In this document: one piece after another, positions 57,243 through 64,000 of the stretch
Position numbering within the stretch: position 1 is the first letter of the stretch
Layout: each line of letters begins with the position of its first letter
Assembly: GCA_964643995.1 (NCBI GenBank)
Contig: CAZXUJ010000001.1
Span: 209,492-273,491, forward strand
Reading direction: 5' to 3'
From: an uncultured Candidatus Saccharibacteria bacterium
Lineage (GTDB): Bacteria > Patescibacteriota > WWE3 > UBA101185 > UBA10185
DNA: 64,000 nucleotides
The notes under the pieces: model-generated
The model's input: only the letters and a program-made list of their open reading frames with translations
Databases searched by the model: none
What the model was told of the DNA's origin: nothing
Position numbers and translations under genes: made by a program

Positions 57243-57983
57243 CTAAAATTCGGTTACAACGACTGTTTCACCTCGTGTAATAGCCACTGTCTTCTCAAAA
57301 AGAGCCGACAAACTGCCATCCGCAGTCTTTAGGGTCCACCCATCTGAACTTTCAACCAGATCTGGGCGTCCTTTCTGATATATTACTTCAATTGCAAGGA
57401 CCATGCCAGCTTTTAGTTTATGCCCGGTTCCATGTACTCCATAACAAGGTACATAGGGGTCCTCATGTAATTTACGCCCTACACCATGTCCTACGAGCAT
57501 TTCAGACACCGAATAGCCCTTACCTTCAACTTCTTGCTGCATACTAGAAGAGATATCACCAATTCTGTTTCCAGATCTACAGGAGGCTATTGCCTTCTCT
57601 AATGCAATTTTACCTGTCTCAAGGAACACACTCTCATAGGCAGTTTCCACTTCAAGAGTATAAGAAAGGTCAGTGTGAAAACCTTTAAAAAACGAACCAA
57701 CATCAATGCTGATGATATCACTCCTCTTGATTTTGTAATCGTTTGGCATACCGTGGACGATTCCTTCGTTTACGTTTATGCATGTTGTGAACGGATAATT
57801 ATCAACACTTTTGAATGAAGGTTCCGCACCCAAACGCAAAATTTCTTCTTCCGCAAGTTTATCCAGCTCTATTAGTTTGGTACCAACTTTTACAGCACTT
57901 AACAAAGTCTGTAAAACTTTTGAAGTAATTTCCCCTCCACGGCGCATAACCTCAATTTCAGAATCAGATTTCAGATGTATCAT
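57243..57983 (-). CDS. map: Methionine aminopeptidase type I
   Basis: The pita-bread fold metal ligands are present, with D in ISIDVGSFFKGFHTD and HGVGRKLHE. The ORF is 246 aa. Confidence 0.9.
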   Translation of the reverse strand: MIHLKSDSEIEVMRRGGEITSKVLQTLLSAVKVGTKLIELDKLAEEEILRLGAEPSFKSVDNYPFTTCINVNEGIVHGMPNDYKIKRSDIISIDVGSFFKGFHTDLSYTLEVETAYESVFLETGKIALEKAIASCRSGNRIGDISSSMQQEVEGKGYSVSEMLVGHGVGRKLHEDPYVPCYGVHGTGHKLKAGMVLAIEVIYQKGRPDLVESSDGWTLKTADGSLSALFEKTVAITRGETVVVTEF

Positions 57984-58594
57984 TTTATCCCCATTGCCTG
58001 CAATGTTGCTACAAATACATCATCCGGGTGTGGTTCGGAATCAACATACACTATCTGGTAACGCTCACTTAGGTATTCCAAGACTTCACCAGATTCAATT
58101 TCATATAGATCCAAACGACGGTTTACCACATCCTCTTTATCGTCAGCACGTTGCACTAAATCTCCTTCGCATTCTTTTAGTTTCTCCGTTGGTAATGTAT
58201 ATATGTTGTATATTTGACCGTCAGTTTTACACATTCGTCGACCTGTTATCCTTTTCAGTGCGGAATCCCGAGATAGCGTGAAAACTACAACAAAATCAAA
58301 ACCGGGATCATATATTTCCAAATCAATAAGTTTTCTACCCCAACCATCTAAAATAAAGCCACTCTGAGAAGCCTCACTTGCGACTTTCTCTTTGTATAGG
58401 CTTGCCAAGAAATCCTGTGGAACTAATTCTCCTCTAGACATGAGTGCATGAACTTCTGTATAACGCGGGTGCTCCTGAGGTAGGGCACGCAACAAAGCAC
58501 CACCGCTAATGAGTGGTATATCAAGTTTCTGGCTTAACATATTTCCTATAGTACCTTTACCCGATGCGGGTGGACCAATTAATAAAATTTTCAT
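57980..58594 (-). CDS. adk: Adenylate kinase
   Basis: MKILLIGPPASGKGTIG is the P-loop. The LID has no Zn-finger Cys quartet. Confidence 0.9.
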   Translation of the reverse strand: MKILLIGPPASGKGTIGNMLSQKLDIPLISGGALLRALPQEHPRYTEVHALMSRGELVPQDFLASLYKEKVASEASQSGFILDGWGRKLIDLEIYDPGFDFVVVFTLSRDSALKRITGRRMCKTDGQIYNIYTLPTEKLKECEGDLVQRADDKEDVVNRRLDLYEIESGEVLEYLSERYQIVYVDSEPHPDDVFVATLQAMGIK

Positions 58595-58599
58595 AAAAA

Positions 58600-58869
58600 C
58601 TACATCCCTAGCATAGACATAATATCTGATGCTTGATCTTTCATTTTTTTCTCAGCTTTCTTGTCCACTTGTTTCATAGCATCGTTGATCAGATCTTTAA
58701 GATCCTTTCTTTCCTCACCCCCGATAACTACCTTTTCAATTCTCTTATCACCACGTATAAGCACAGAGTTGTTACCTCTCTCTTCGTTATGAAATATTTC
58801 CTCCAGTTGCCTTTTGATCTGGTCTTGCATTTTTTTGGCTTTTCTTAAAGTTGTAATTTTATCAAACAT
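58600..58869 (-). CDS. YbaB/EbfC-like nucleoid-associated protein candidate (89 aa)
   Basis: It aligns with E. coli YbaB: MQDQIKRQLEEI ~ MQEKMQKMQEEI, RIEKVVI ~ RRVEIDP, and LKDLINDAMKQV ~ LEDLVAAAFNDA. Its position between secY and adk is unusual. Confidence 0.5.
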   Translation of the reverse strand: MFDKITTLRKAKKMQDQIKRQLEEIFHNEERGNNSVLIRGDKRIEKVVIGGEERKDLKDLINDAMKQVDKKAEKKMKDQASDIMSMLGM

Positions 58870-58881
58870 ATACCTCCTAGA

Positions 58882-60144
58882 CTAATCTAAATAACCCTCA
58901 TAACTTCTTGTAACAGTTTGAGACTGAATTTGACGAATTGTTTCCAAAATTACTGAGACAACAATCAATAGTCCAGTCCCCCCAACTGCAAGATTCGAAA
59001 AGCTACCTCCTAAAATTGTCTGAATTATATAAGGTAATACAGCAATAATACCTAAAAACAAGGCTCCCCAGAAAGTTAAGCGCAATATCACTTTATTCAG
59101 GTACTCCGTTGTTGATTTACCAGGGCGAATTCCAGGAACGAAACCTCCTCTTTTTTTAATGTCTTCAGAAATCTTTTCGGGATTAAATTGCAAAGACGTA
59201 TAAAAAAATGTAAAGGCCATGACTAGAACAAAATAAAAAAGATTGTAACCCAAAGATGTTGCTGAAAAATGTAGGGTTAGAAAATAGCCTATGCGATTAA
59301 GTACTGGATTACCACTAGTTGACAAAGGGCCACTTAGCAAGGAAGGTACCAAAACTACTGAAACAGCAAATATTATGGGTATTACACCTGCTTGATTGAT
59401 TTTTATAGGTAAGTAGTTTGTAACTTTTGCGGAGCGTACTTCACGACGTCCATATTCCAAAGGAATTTTACGGGTACCTTCATTAACTAACACTACTGCA
59501 ACAATCACTAAAATCGTTAGGCCAATGTACAACAAATTTGTAAAAAAGTCCGTGGTCTGGGCTGTTGAAAAAAGCTGAATTGCAGAAGAAGGCAATTGAC
59601 CTATAATACCAACAAAGATCAACAGGGAAGTACCATTCCCAACACCATACTCTGTTGCCAAGTCACCTATCCATACCAAAATCATACCTCCTGCAGTAAG
59701 TGTAAGTATGAGAACTACGATATCTATAATTGACAAAGCAGGAATAATAAGCTGCCGATTCAAAAGGAAATAAACACCATAAGCCTGCAACAAAGAAATT
59801 GGTATAGTGAGAATACGTGTATACTGATTTATTTTTTCTCTTCCCTGCTCACCTTCCTTAGCTAATTCCTCAAGACTTGGAACTAAAGTGGTAAACAATT
59901 GGATGATTATAGAGGAATTAATGTAAGGGCCTAAGCCTAGAGTCACGATTGAGAAATTACTAAAACCACCACCACTAAAAATGTTAAATAACCCTAAAAA
60001 AGCGTTCTGCTGTACAAAAGATCTGATAACTGCGACATCGACACCCGGAACTGGTATAAATGCTAAAAACCTAAAAATTATAACTACCAAAACTGTGAAA
60101 ATCAGTTTCTTTCGTAATTCGGGTAGTTTAAGTGCTTTGATCAT
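58882..60144 (-). CDS. secY: Protein translocase subunit SecY
   Basis: The 420 aa protein has 10 TM helices with the SecY pattern, downstream of rplO. Confidence 0.9.
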   Translation of the reverse strand: MIKALKLPELRKKLIFTVLVVIIFRFLAFIPVPGVDVAVIRSFVQQNAFLGLFNIFSGGGFSNFSIVTLGLGPYINSSIIIQLFTTLVPSLEELAKEGEQGREKINQYTRILTIPISLLQAYGVYFLLNRQLIIPALSIIDIVVLILTLTAGGMILVWIGDLATEYGVGNGTSLLIFVGIIGQLPSSAIQLFSTAQTTDFFTNLLYIGLTILVIVAVVLVNEGTRKIPLEYGRREVRSAKVTNYLPIKINQAGVIPIIFAVSVVLVPSLLSGPLSTSGNPVLNRIGYFLTLHFSATSLGYNLFYFVLVMAFTFFYTSLQFNPEKISEDIKKRGGFVPGIRPGKSTTEYLNKVILRLTFWGALFLGIIAVLPYIIQTILGGSFSNLAVGGTGLLIVVSVILETIRQIQSQTVTRSYEGYLD

Positions 60145-60566
60145 TTTTCTATTTTATCTTTTGCTGTTTGAGAAAAAATGAAACCCTTTAATTCTATCTT
60201 CTTAGTTAAGGCGCCTACACCCAAGACTTTTACTCCATGTTTTGGAACCGAACGTAAAATTCCTTTCTCAACCAACATTTGAGGGGTAACTACATCACCG
60301 TCATTAAATACATTAAAAGCGATAAGGTTTACACCACGAATTTGTTTTCTAGTAGGGTTGGTAAAACCGCCCATCTTTGGAAGTTTCTTGAAAAGAGTCA
60401 CCTGACCACCTTCAAAACCATACGGAATACTGTTACCTTGACGAGATTTTTGACCTTTTGTACCTTTACCCACCGTATGACCGCCTTTACCCGAACCATA
60501 CCCTCGACCAAGACGCTTATTTTTAGATTTGACACCATTTAATTTTTTTAGTTTTTTTAATTCCAT
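60141..60566 (-). CDS. rplO: 50S ribosomal protein L15
   Basis: KRLGRGYGSGKGGHTVGKGTKGQKSRQG is the Gly-rich L15 N-terminus. Confidence 0.9.
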   Translation of the reverse strand: MELKKLKKLNGVKSKNKRLGRGYGSGKGGHTVGKGTKGQKSRQGNSIPYGFEGGQVTLFKKLPKMGGFTNPTRKQIRGVNLIAFNVFNDGDVVTPQMLVEKGILRSVPKHGVKVLGVGALTKKIELKGFIFSQTAKDKIEK

Positions 60567-60571
60567 GTTAG

Positions 60572-61036
60572 TTAATCAATTTTATCCTCAGGCGAGCGTA
60601 ATCTAGATAACGCGTTCAACGTACATACAAGATTACTCTGCTTGTTGTTGGAACCAATTAGTTTTGCAGAGATATTCTTAACACCAGCTAACTCCAAAAC
60701 ATGTCTAACGACACCCCCAGCAATTATTCCCGAACCCTCTGGTGCTGGCATGAGCTTTACGATCGAGGCTTTATACTTCTCGTTTACAGAGTGAGGAATG
60801 GTCCCCTCACGTATTTTTACATCAACAACATTTCTTCTTGCAATTTTTATACCTTTTTGTATCGCCGCAGCAATGTTAGGCGCTTTTCCTAACCCAGAAC
60901 CGATTTTTCCTTTTTTATTACCCACAACAACTAGTGCTGTAAATCTAACCTTGTTTCCGCCCTTAGTTTTTTTAGAAACTCTTTTCGTAGCAACAATTCT
61001 TTCTTCAAATTCCTTTGGTTGATGATAGAAATCCAT
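60572..61036 (-). CDS. rpsE: 30S ribosomal protein S5
   Basis: KEFEERIVATKRVSKKTKGGNKVRFTALVVVGNKKGKIGSGLGKA is present. The start is set at the ATG 1 nt after the L18 stop; the ORF track extends to TTG at 61075. Confidence 0.9.
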   Translation of the reverse strand: MDFYHQPKEFEERIVATKRVSKKTKGGNKVRFTALVVVGNKKGKIGSGLGKAPNIAAAIQKGIKIARRNVVDVKIREGTIPHSVNEKYKASIVKLMPAPEGSGIIAGGVVRHVLELAGVKNISAKLIGSNNKQSNLVCTLNALSRLRSPEDKID

Positions 61037-61037
61037 A

Positions 61038-61397
61038 CTAGAACTTAAGACCTCCCTCTCTGGCACCATCGGCAAACACTTTCACTCTGCCATGATATTT
61101 GTAGCCATTGCGATCAAATACTATTTTTTCAATTTTTTTCTTTTTAGCAAGCTCTCCAAGCAATAAGCCAGCCTTTTTGGCAGCTTCTAGTTTGGGAGTA
61201 CCCTCATGCAGTTTTTTGATTTCTGTGAGCGGTAACCCAACCAAAGTCTTACCAGTCGTGTCATCTATAACTTGTCCATATATAAATCTATTTGATCTGA
61301 AAACTGACAGTCTCAATTTCTCCGGTATACCATAGACTTTCTTCCTGACGCGCAATTTTCTTTTCTCTTTTTTTGTTTTTAGTATTATCTTTTGCAT
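61038..61397 (-). CDS. rplR: 50S ribosomal protein L18
   Basis: The N-terminus KKEKRKLRVRKKV and C-terminus FADGAREGGLKF match L18. Confidence 0.9.
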   Translation of the reverse strand: MQKIILKTKKEKRKLRVRKKVYGIPEKLRLSVFRSNRFIYGQVIDDTTGKTLVGLPLTEIKKLHEGTPKLEAAKKAGLLLGELAKKKKIEKIVFDRNGYKYHGRVKVFADGAREGGLKF

Positions 61398-61399
61398 AT

Positions 61400-61948
61400 T
61401 TATTTACCCGTTTTACCTGTTTTACCAGCTTTGCGCCTTACAACCTCGTCAATGTATTTTATACCTTTACCCTTGTAAGGCTCTGGTTTTCGTACCTTGC
61501 GTATCTCTGCAGCAACTTGACCAACAACATGTTTATCAATACCTCGTATAGTAATTGCCTTATCATCCTCTACTTCGAATTGTATATTATCTGGGGCATT
61601 ATAGACTACAGGATGAGAGTAACCAACAGCTAAAGAAATTCTTTTTGGGCTGTCTGATTTGACTCTATACCCTACACCAACTAATTCCAGCTTTTTCTCA
61701 AAACCGTTGGATACACCAATGATCATGTTTGCAACCAAAGCCCGAGCAAGCCCCCAATAAGCACTAGATTCCTTTGTTTCTCTTACAACTCTAAAATGGA
61801 TCTCACCGTCTTTTATATCAATACTTATCTCTGGACGAACGTCATAGCTAAGTTCACCCTTCGTACCTTTAACCACAACTCTGTTATCGCTTGAGGTGAC
61901 TGTCACGCCAGTAGGTATTTTAATGATTTTTTTTCCAATTCTTGACAT
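61400..61948 (-). CDS. rplF: 50S ribosomal protein L6
   Basis: MSRIGKKIIKIPTGVTV is the L6 N-terminus, taken as the internal start (ORF track extends to 62017). Confidence 0.9.
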   Translation of the reverse strand: MSRIGKKIIKIPTGVTVTSSDNRVVVKGTKGELSYDVRPEISIDIKDGEIHFRVVRETKESSAYWGLARALVANMIIGVSNGFEKKLELVGVGYRVKSDSPKRISLAVGYSHPVVYNAPDNIQFEVEDDKAITIRGIDKHVVGQVAAEIRKVRKPEPYKGKGIKYIDEVVRRKAGKTGKTGK

Positions 61949-61949
61949 A

Positions 61950-62351
61950 CTAATAAATCTCGCAAATAACTTCACCACCCAATTTTCTTTTCCTTGCTTC
62001 AACATCAGAAACAACACCTCGTGAAGTAGAAACTACACGTATACCATAGCCATTCATAAACTTACGTAATTCTGATGCTTTTTTATAAATTCTACGGCCC
62101 GGTTTTGAAACTCTCTGGATATCTTTAAATGAAGAATTTCCAAGAGCATCATAAGCCAGTTCTAGGCGCATGTGCTTAAATGATTTACCCGACTCCTTGA
62201 ATACCTTCACATCGGATATAAATCCTGCAGACTTCAATGCTTTAGCAACTGCCTCACAATCCTTTGTGTGCATAACCTCTACAAAAGGCTTACCAACCAT
62301 GGATGCATTTTTTATTGAACTTATCATGTTTGACATTGCATCTAAACTCAT
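61950..62351 (-). CDS. rpsH: 30S ribosomal protein S8
   Basis: SNMISSIKNASMVGKPFVEV and the C-terminal GGEVICEIY match S8. Confidence 0.9.
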   Translation of the reverse strand: MSLDAMSNMISSIKNASMVGKPFVEVMHTKDCEAVAKALKSAGFISDVKVFKESGKSFKHMRLELAYDALGNSSFKDIQRVSKPGRRIYKKASELRKFMNGYGIRVVSTSRGVVSDVEARKRKLGGEVICEIY

Positions 62352-62366
62352 ATTATTCCCAAAGCC

Positions 62367-62552
62367 TTACCAGCTTGCTTTCATTACACCGGGTATTTCA
62401 CCTTTATGTGAAAGCTCCCTAAAACATTTACGACAAATTTGAAATCTACGCATAAAACCTCTTGGATTGCCACAAATTCTACATCTGTTATAGTGACGTA
62501 CTGCAAATTTATTTTTTTTCTTTTGCTTTTCAAGCAATGCTTTTTTTGCCAT
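62367..62552 (-). CDS. rpsZ: 30S ribosomal protein S14, type Z (zinc-binding, 61 aa)
   Basis: CRICGNPRGFMRRFQICRKC carries the four-Cys zinc ribbon. Confidence 0.9.
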   Translation of the reverse strand: MAKKALLEKQKKKNKFAVRHYNRCRICGNPRGFMRRFQICRKCFRELSHKGEIPGVMKASW

Positions 62553-62558
62553 ATCTTA

Positions 62559-63101
62559 TTAACCCTTATTAAACGGCATGCCAATAGCCTCCAAGAAAGC
62601 TAAGCTATGCTCTCTACCTTTAGACTTAATTGTAAAATTGACCTGTAAGCTTCTGTTTCCCTTTACTTTGTTAGGATTTACTTCAGGAAATATAACATGC
62701 TCTCGTATGCCAACAGCAAAGTTACCACTTTGATCAAAAGAATTCAAATTCATACCTTTAAAGTCACGAACTCGAGGTAAAACAACACTAACAAATTTAT
62801 CAAGAAATGACCACATTTTTTCTCCGCGTAGTGTAACAGTATAACCTACAACGTCACCTTGTCGAATCTTAAATCCAGCAATTGATAACCTGGCTCTTGT
62901 AGGAGTAGGTGTTTGACCAGCTAAACCGGACAACTCCTCAACGAAAGAGTCAACAGCTTCACGATTTTCCCTGAATTCACCAATACCAGCATTTATAACA
63001 ATCTTCTGCAAGCGGGGTGCTTCCATAATATTTTTAAGATTAAGTTTTTTAACTATCTCACCGGCTATTTCGTTTTTATAACGTTCTCTAAGTCTATTCA
63101 T
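62559..63101 (-). CDS. rplE: 50S ribosomal protein L5
   Basis: MNRLRERYKNEIAGEIVKKLNLKNIMEAPRLQKIVINAGIGE is the L5 N-terminus. Confidence 0.9.
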   Translation of the reverse strand: MNRLRERYKNEIAGEIVKKLNLKNIMEAPRLQKIVINAGIGEFRENREAVDSFVEELSGLAGQTPTPTRARLSIAGFKIRQGDVVGYTVTLRGEKMWSFLDKFVSVVLPRVRDFKGMNLNSFDQSGNFAVGIREHVIFPEVNPNKVKGNRSLQVNFTIKSKGREHSLAFLEAIGMPFNKG

Positions 63102-63408
63102 TTAGTAAATCTCCAGTTTTCTTTGATACTCTAACCTTTTTATTTGCCGTAATCTTAAAGCCTATTCTAACAGGGGAATCACTTTTTTCATCGTAATACA
63201 TCGCGTTAGAGATATGAATTGGTTTTTCGATTGAAACAATACCACCCTCTTTGTTCGCAGTATTACCAGCTTTGATATGCTTGCGCACCAGATTCACACC
63301 TTCAACTAGGATCCGATCATTTTCCAAATAGACCTTCAATACTTTACCTATCTTACCCTTGTCTTTACCTGCTATTATTTTTACTTTGTCATTTAAACGT
63401 ATTTTCAT
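63094..63408 (-). CDS. rplX: 50S ribosomal protein L24
   Basis: DKVKIIAGKDKGKIGKVLKV is a KOW motif. Confidence 0.9.
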   Translation of the reverse strand: MKIRLNDKVKIIAGKDKGKIGKVLKVYLENDRILVEGVNLVRKHIKAGNTANKEGGIVSIEKPIHISNAMYYDEKSDSPVRIGFKITANKKVRVSKKTGDLLNE

Positions 63409-63409
63409 A

Positions 63410-63778
63410 TTACCAAACCTCTTTTGCTAACGAGGCAATTTTTAAATATCCACCATCCCTAAGTTCTCGAGCTACAGGCCCAAAAACTCTAGTACCTAAC
63501 ATATTCTTATCCTTTGCTATTATTACGCCTGCATTATCATCAAATCTTATATATGAACCATCCTTACGTCGTTTCTCTTTTTTTGTTCTAACAATAACCG
63601 CTTTATAAATTGTGTGGTCTTTAACAACACCACGCGAAGAGGCACCATCAACAACAACAGTTACAACATCACCAAGTTTGGCGAACCTTCTTTTAGAGTT
63701 ACCCGGAATACCAATTATTTTCAAAAACTTGGCGCCCGAGTTATCTGCTGCTTTCATTGATGAACCTACTTGTAACAT
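63410..63778 (-). CDS. rplN: 50S ribosomal protein L14
   Basis: MLQVGSSMKAADNSGAKFLKIIGIPG is the L14 N-terminus. Confidence 0.9.
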   Translation of the reverse strand: MLQVGSSMKAADNSGAKFLKIIGIPGNSKRRFAKLGDVVTVVVDGASSRGVVKDHTIYKAVIVRTKKEKRRKDGSYIRFDDNAGVIIAKDKNMLGTRVFGPVARELRDGGYLKIASLAKEVW

Positions 63779-63793
63779 TTTTCCTTAAATTTT

Positions 63794-64000
63794 TTACAAC
63801 TTTTCTACTATAACCCAACAAACTTCTTTACTAAAAGGTTTTGCTTCTTCAATCCAAACTACATCGCCTTCCTGTACGCCCAAATCATCATGTACTTTAA
63901 ATCTTCTGGTATTTTTCACCGTTTTGCCGTAAACAGAATGCGTTTTTGAGGCATCCACAGCTACAACTACAGTTTTTTGCATTTTTGTTGATACAACAGT
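63794..64000 (-). CDS. rpsQ: 30S ribosomal protein S17; N-terminus extends beyond the window end
   Basis: TVVVAVDASKTHSVYGKTVKNTRRFKVHDDLGVQEGDVVWIEEAKPFSKEVCWVIVEKL matches S17. The reading frame stays open upstream to the window edge (..TVVSTKMQK..). Confidence 0.85.
   Translation of the reverse strand, partial: TVVSTKMQKTVVVAVDASKTHSVYGKTVKNTRRFKVHDDLGVQEGDVVWIEEAKPFSKEVCWVIVEKL

Noticed and set aside
62384-62584. 66-aa ORF overlapping rpsZ in another frame
   Set aside because: The S14 type-Z frame has the full zinc-ribbon signature, so the alternative frame is an artefact. The same applies to 60279..60542, 60701..61022, 61108..61335, 61373..61633, 62170..62442, 57144..57332, 57811..58281 and 58633..58848, which lie inside ribosomal-protein or adk/map genes.
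1-64000. CRISPR arrays, tRNA/rRNA genes, transposases/integrases, restriction-modification or toxin-antitoxin pairs
   Set aside because: No regularly spaced direct repeats, tRNA-like cloverleaf signatures, or recombinase or nuclease families were recognised by eye anywhere in the window. The only methyltransferase is a small-molecule class I type inside the glycan cluster.

Overview
This 64 kb window is low-GC, very tightly packed and almost entirely minus-strand coded. Many genes overlap by 1-17 nt with TAATG/ATGA-type junctions, Shine-Dalgarno sequences are weak, and several ORFs open with TTG. Gene content and order, including absence of rpmD (L30) between rpsE and rplO and a type-Z S14, fit a Candidate-Phyla-Radiation/Patescibacteria-like genome. 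That assignment is inference only. The window has three parts. (1) About 1-25.3 kb is one unidirectional glycan-biosynthesis supercluster of about 22 genes: two CDP-paratose-epimerase-like SDRs, Ugd, a SAM methyltransferase, six GT4 and five Dpm1/GtrB-like GT2 polyprenol-phosphate-sugar synthases (one fused to a GtrA domain), four to five large GT-C-like polytopic membrane proteins, a Wzx-like flippase and an LPG-synthase-TM-like flippase. (2) About 25.3-31.2 kb is an accessory segment: a CAP/SCP-domain membrane protein coupled to a small membrane protein, SAM decarboxylase (speH) plus a DMT transporter, an unknown membrane-plus-small-protein operon, a DUF2156-like protein co-transcribed with an orphan cytoplasmic PAS histidine kinase, and HU. 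(3) About 31.5-64 kb is housekeeping: ymdB, rny, recX-recA, gltX, a secreted hypothetical, D,D-carboxypeptidase, a YbaK-like deacylase, aspS, recJ, secDF, DUF3048, prfB, a ClpC-like AAA+ protein with an N-terminal membrane anchor, a TasA/camelysin-like protein with a SipW-cognate signal peptide, radC, an XRE regulator, and the S9-L13 / L17-rpoA-S4-S11-S13-L36-IF1-map-adk-ybaB-like-secY-L15-S5-L18-L6-S8-S14-L5-L24-L14-S17 ribosome cluster. rpmJ (L36) was found by hand; it is absent from the ORF track. The most notable non-coding signal is a candidate T-box riboswitch leader upstream of aspS: an AAUUAGAAGGCUGGAACC T-box-like motif and UGGAACC antiterminator bulge lie directly 5' of a mutually exclusive terminator hairpin plus U9, about 30 nt before the start codon. 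No CRISPR array, tRNA, rRNA, transposase or integrase was recognised.
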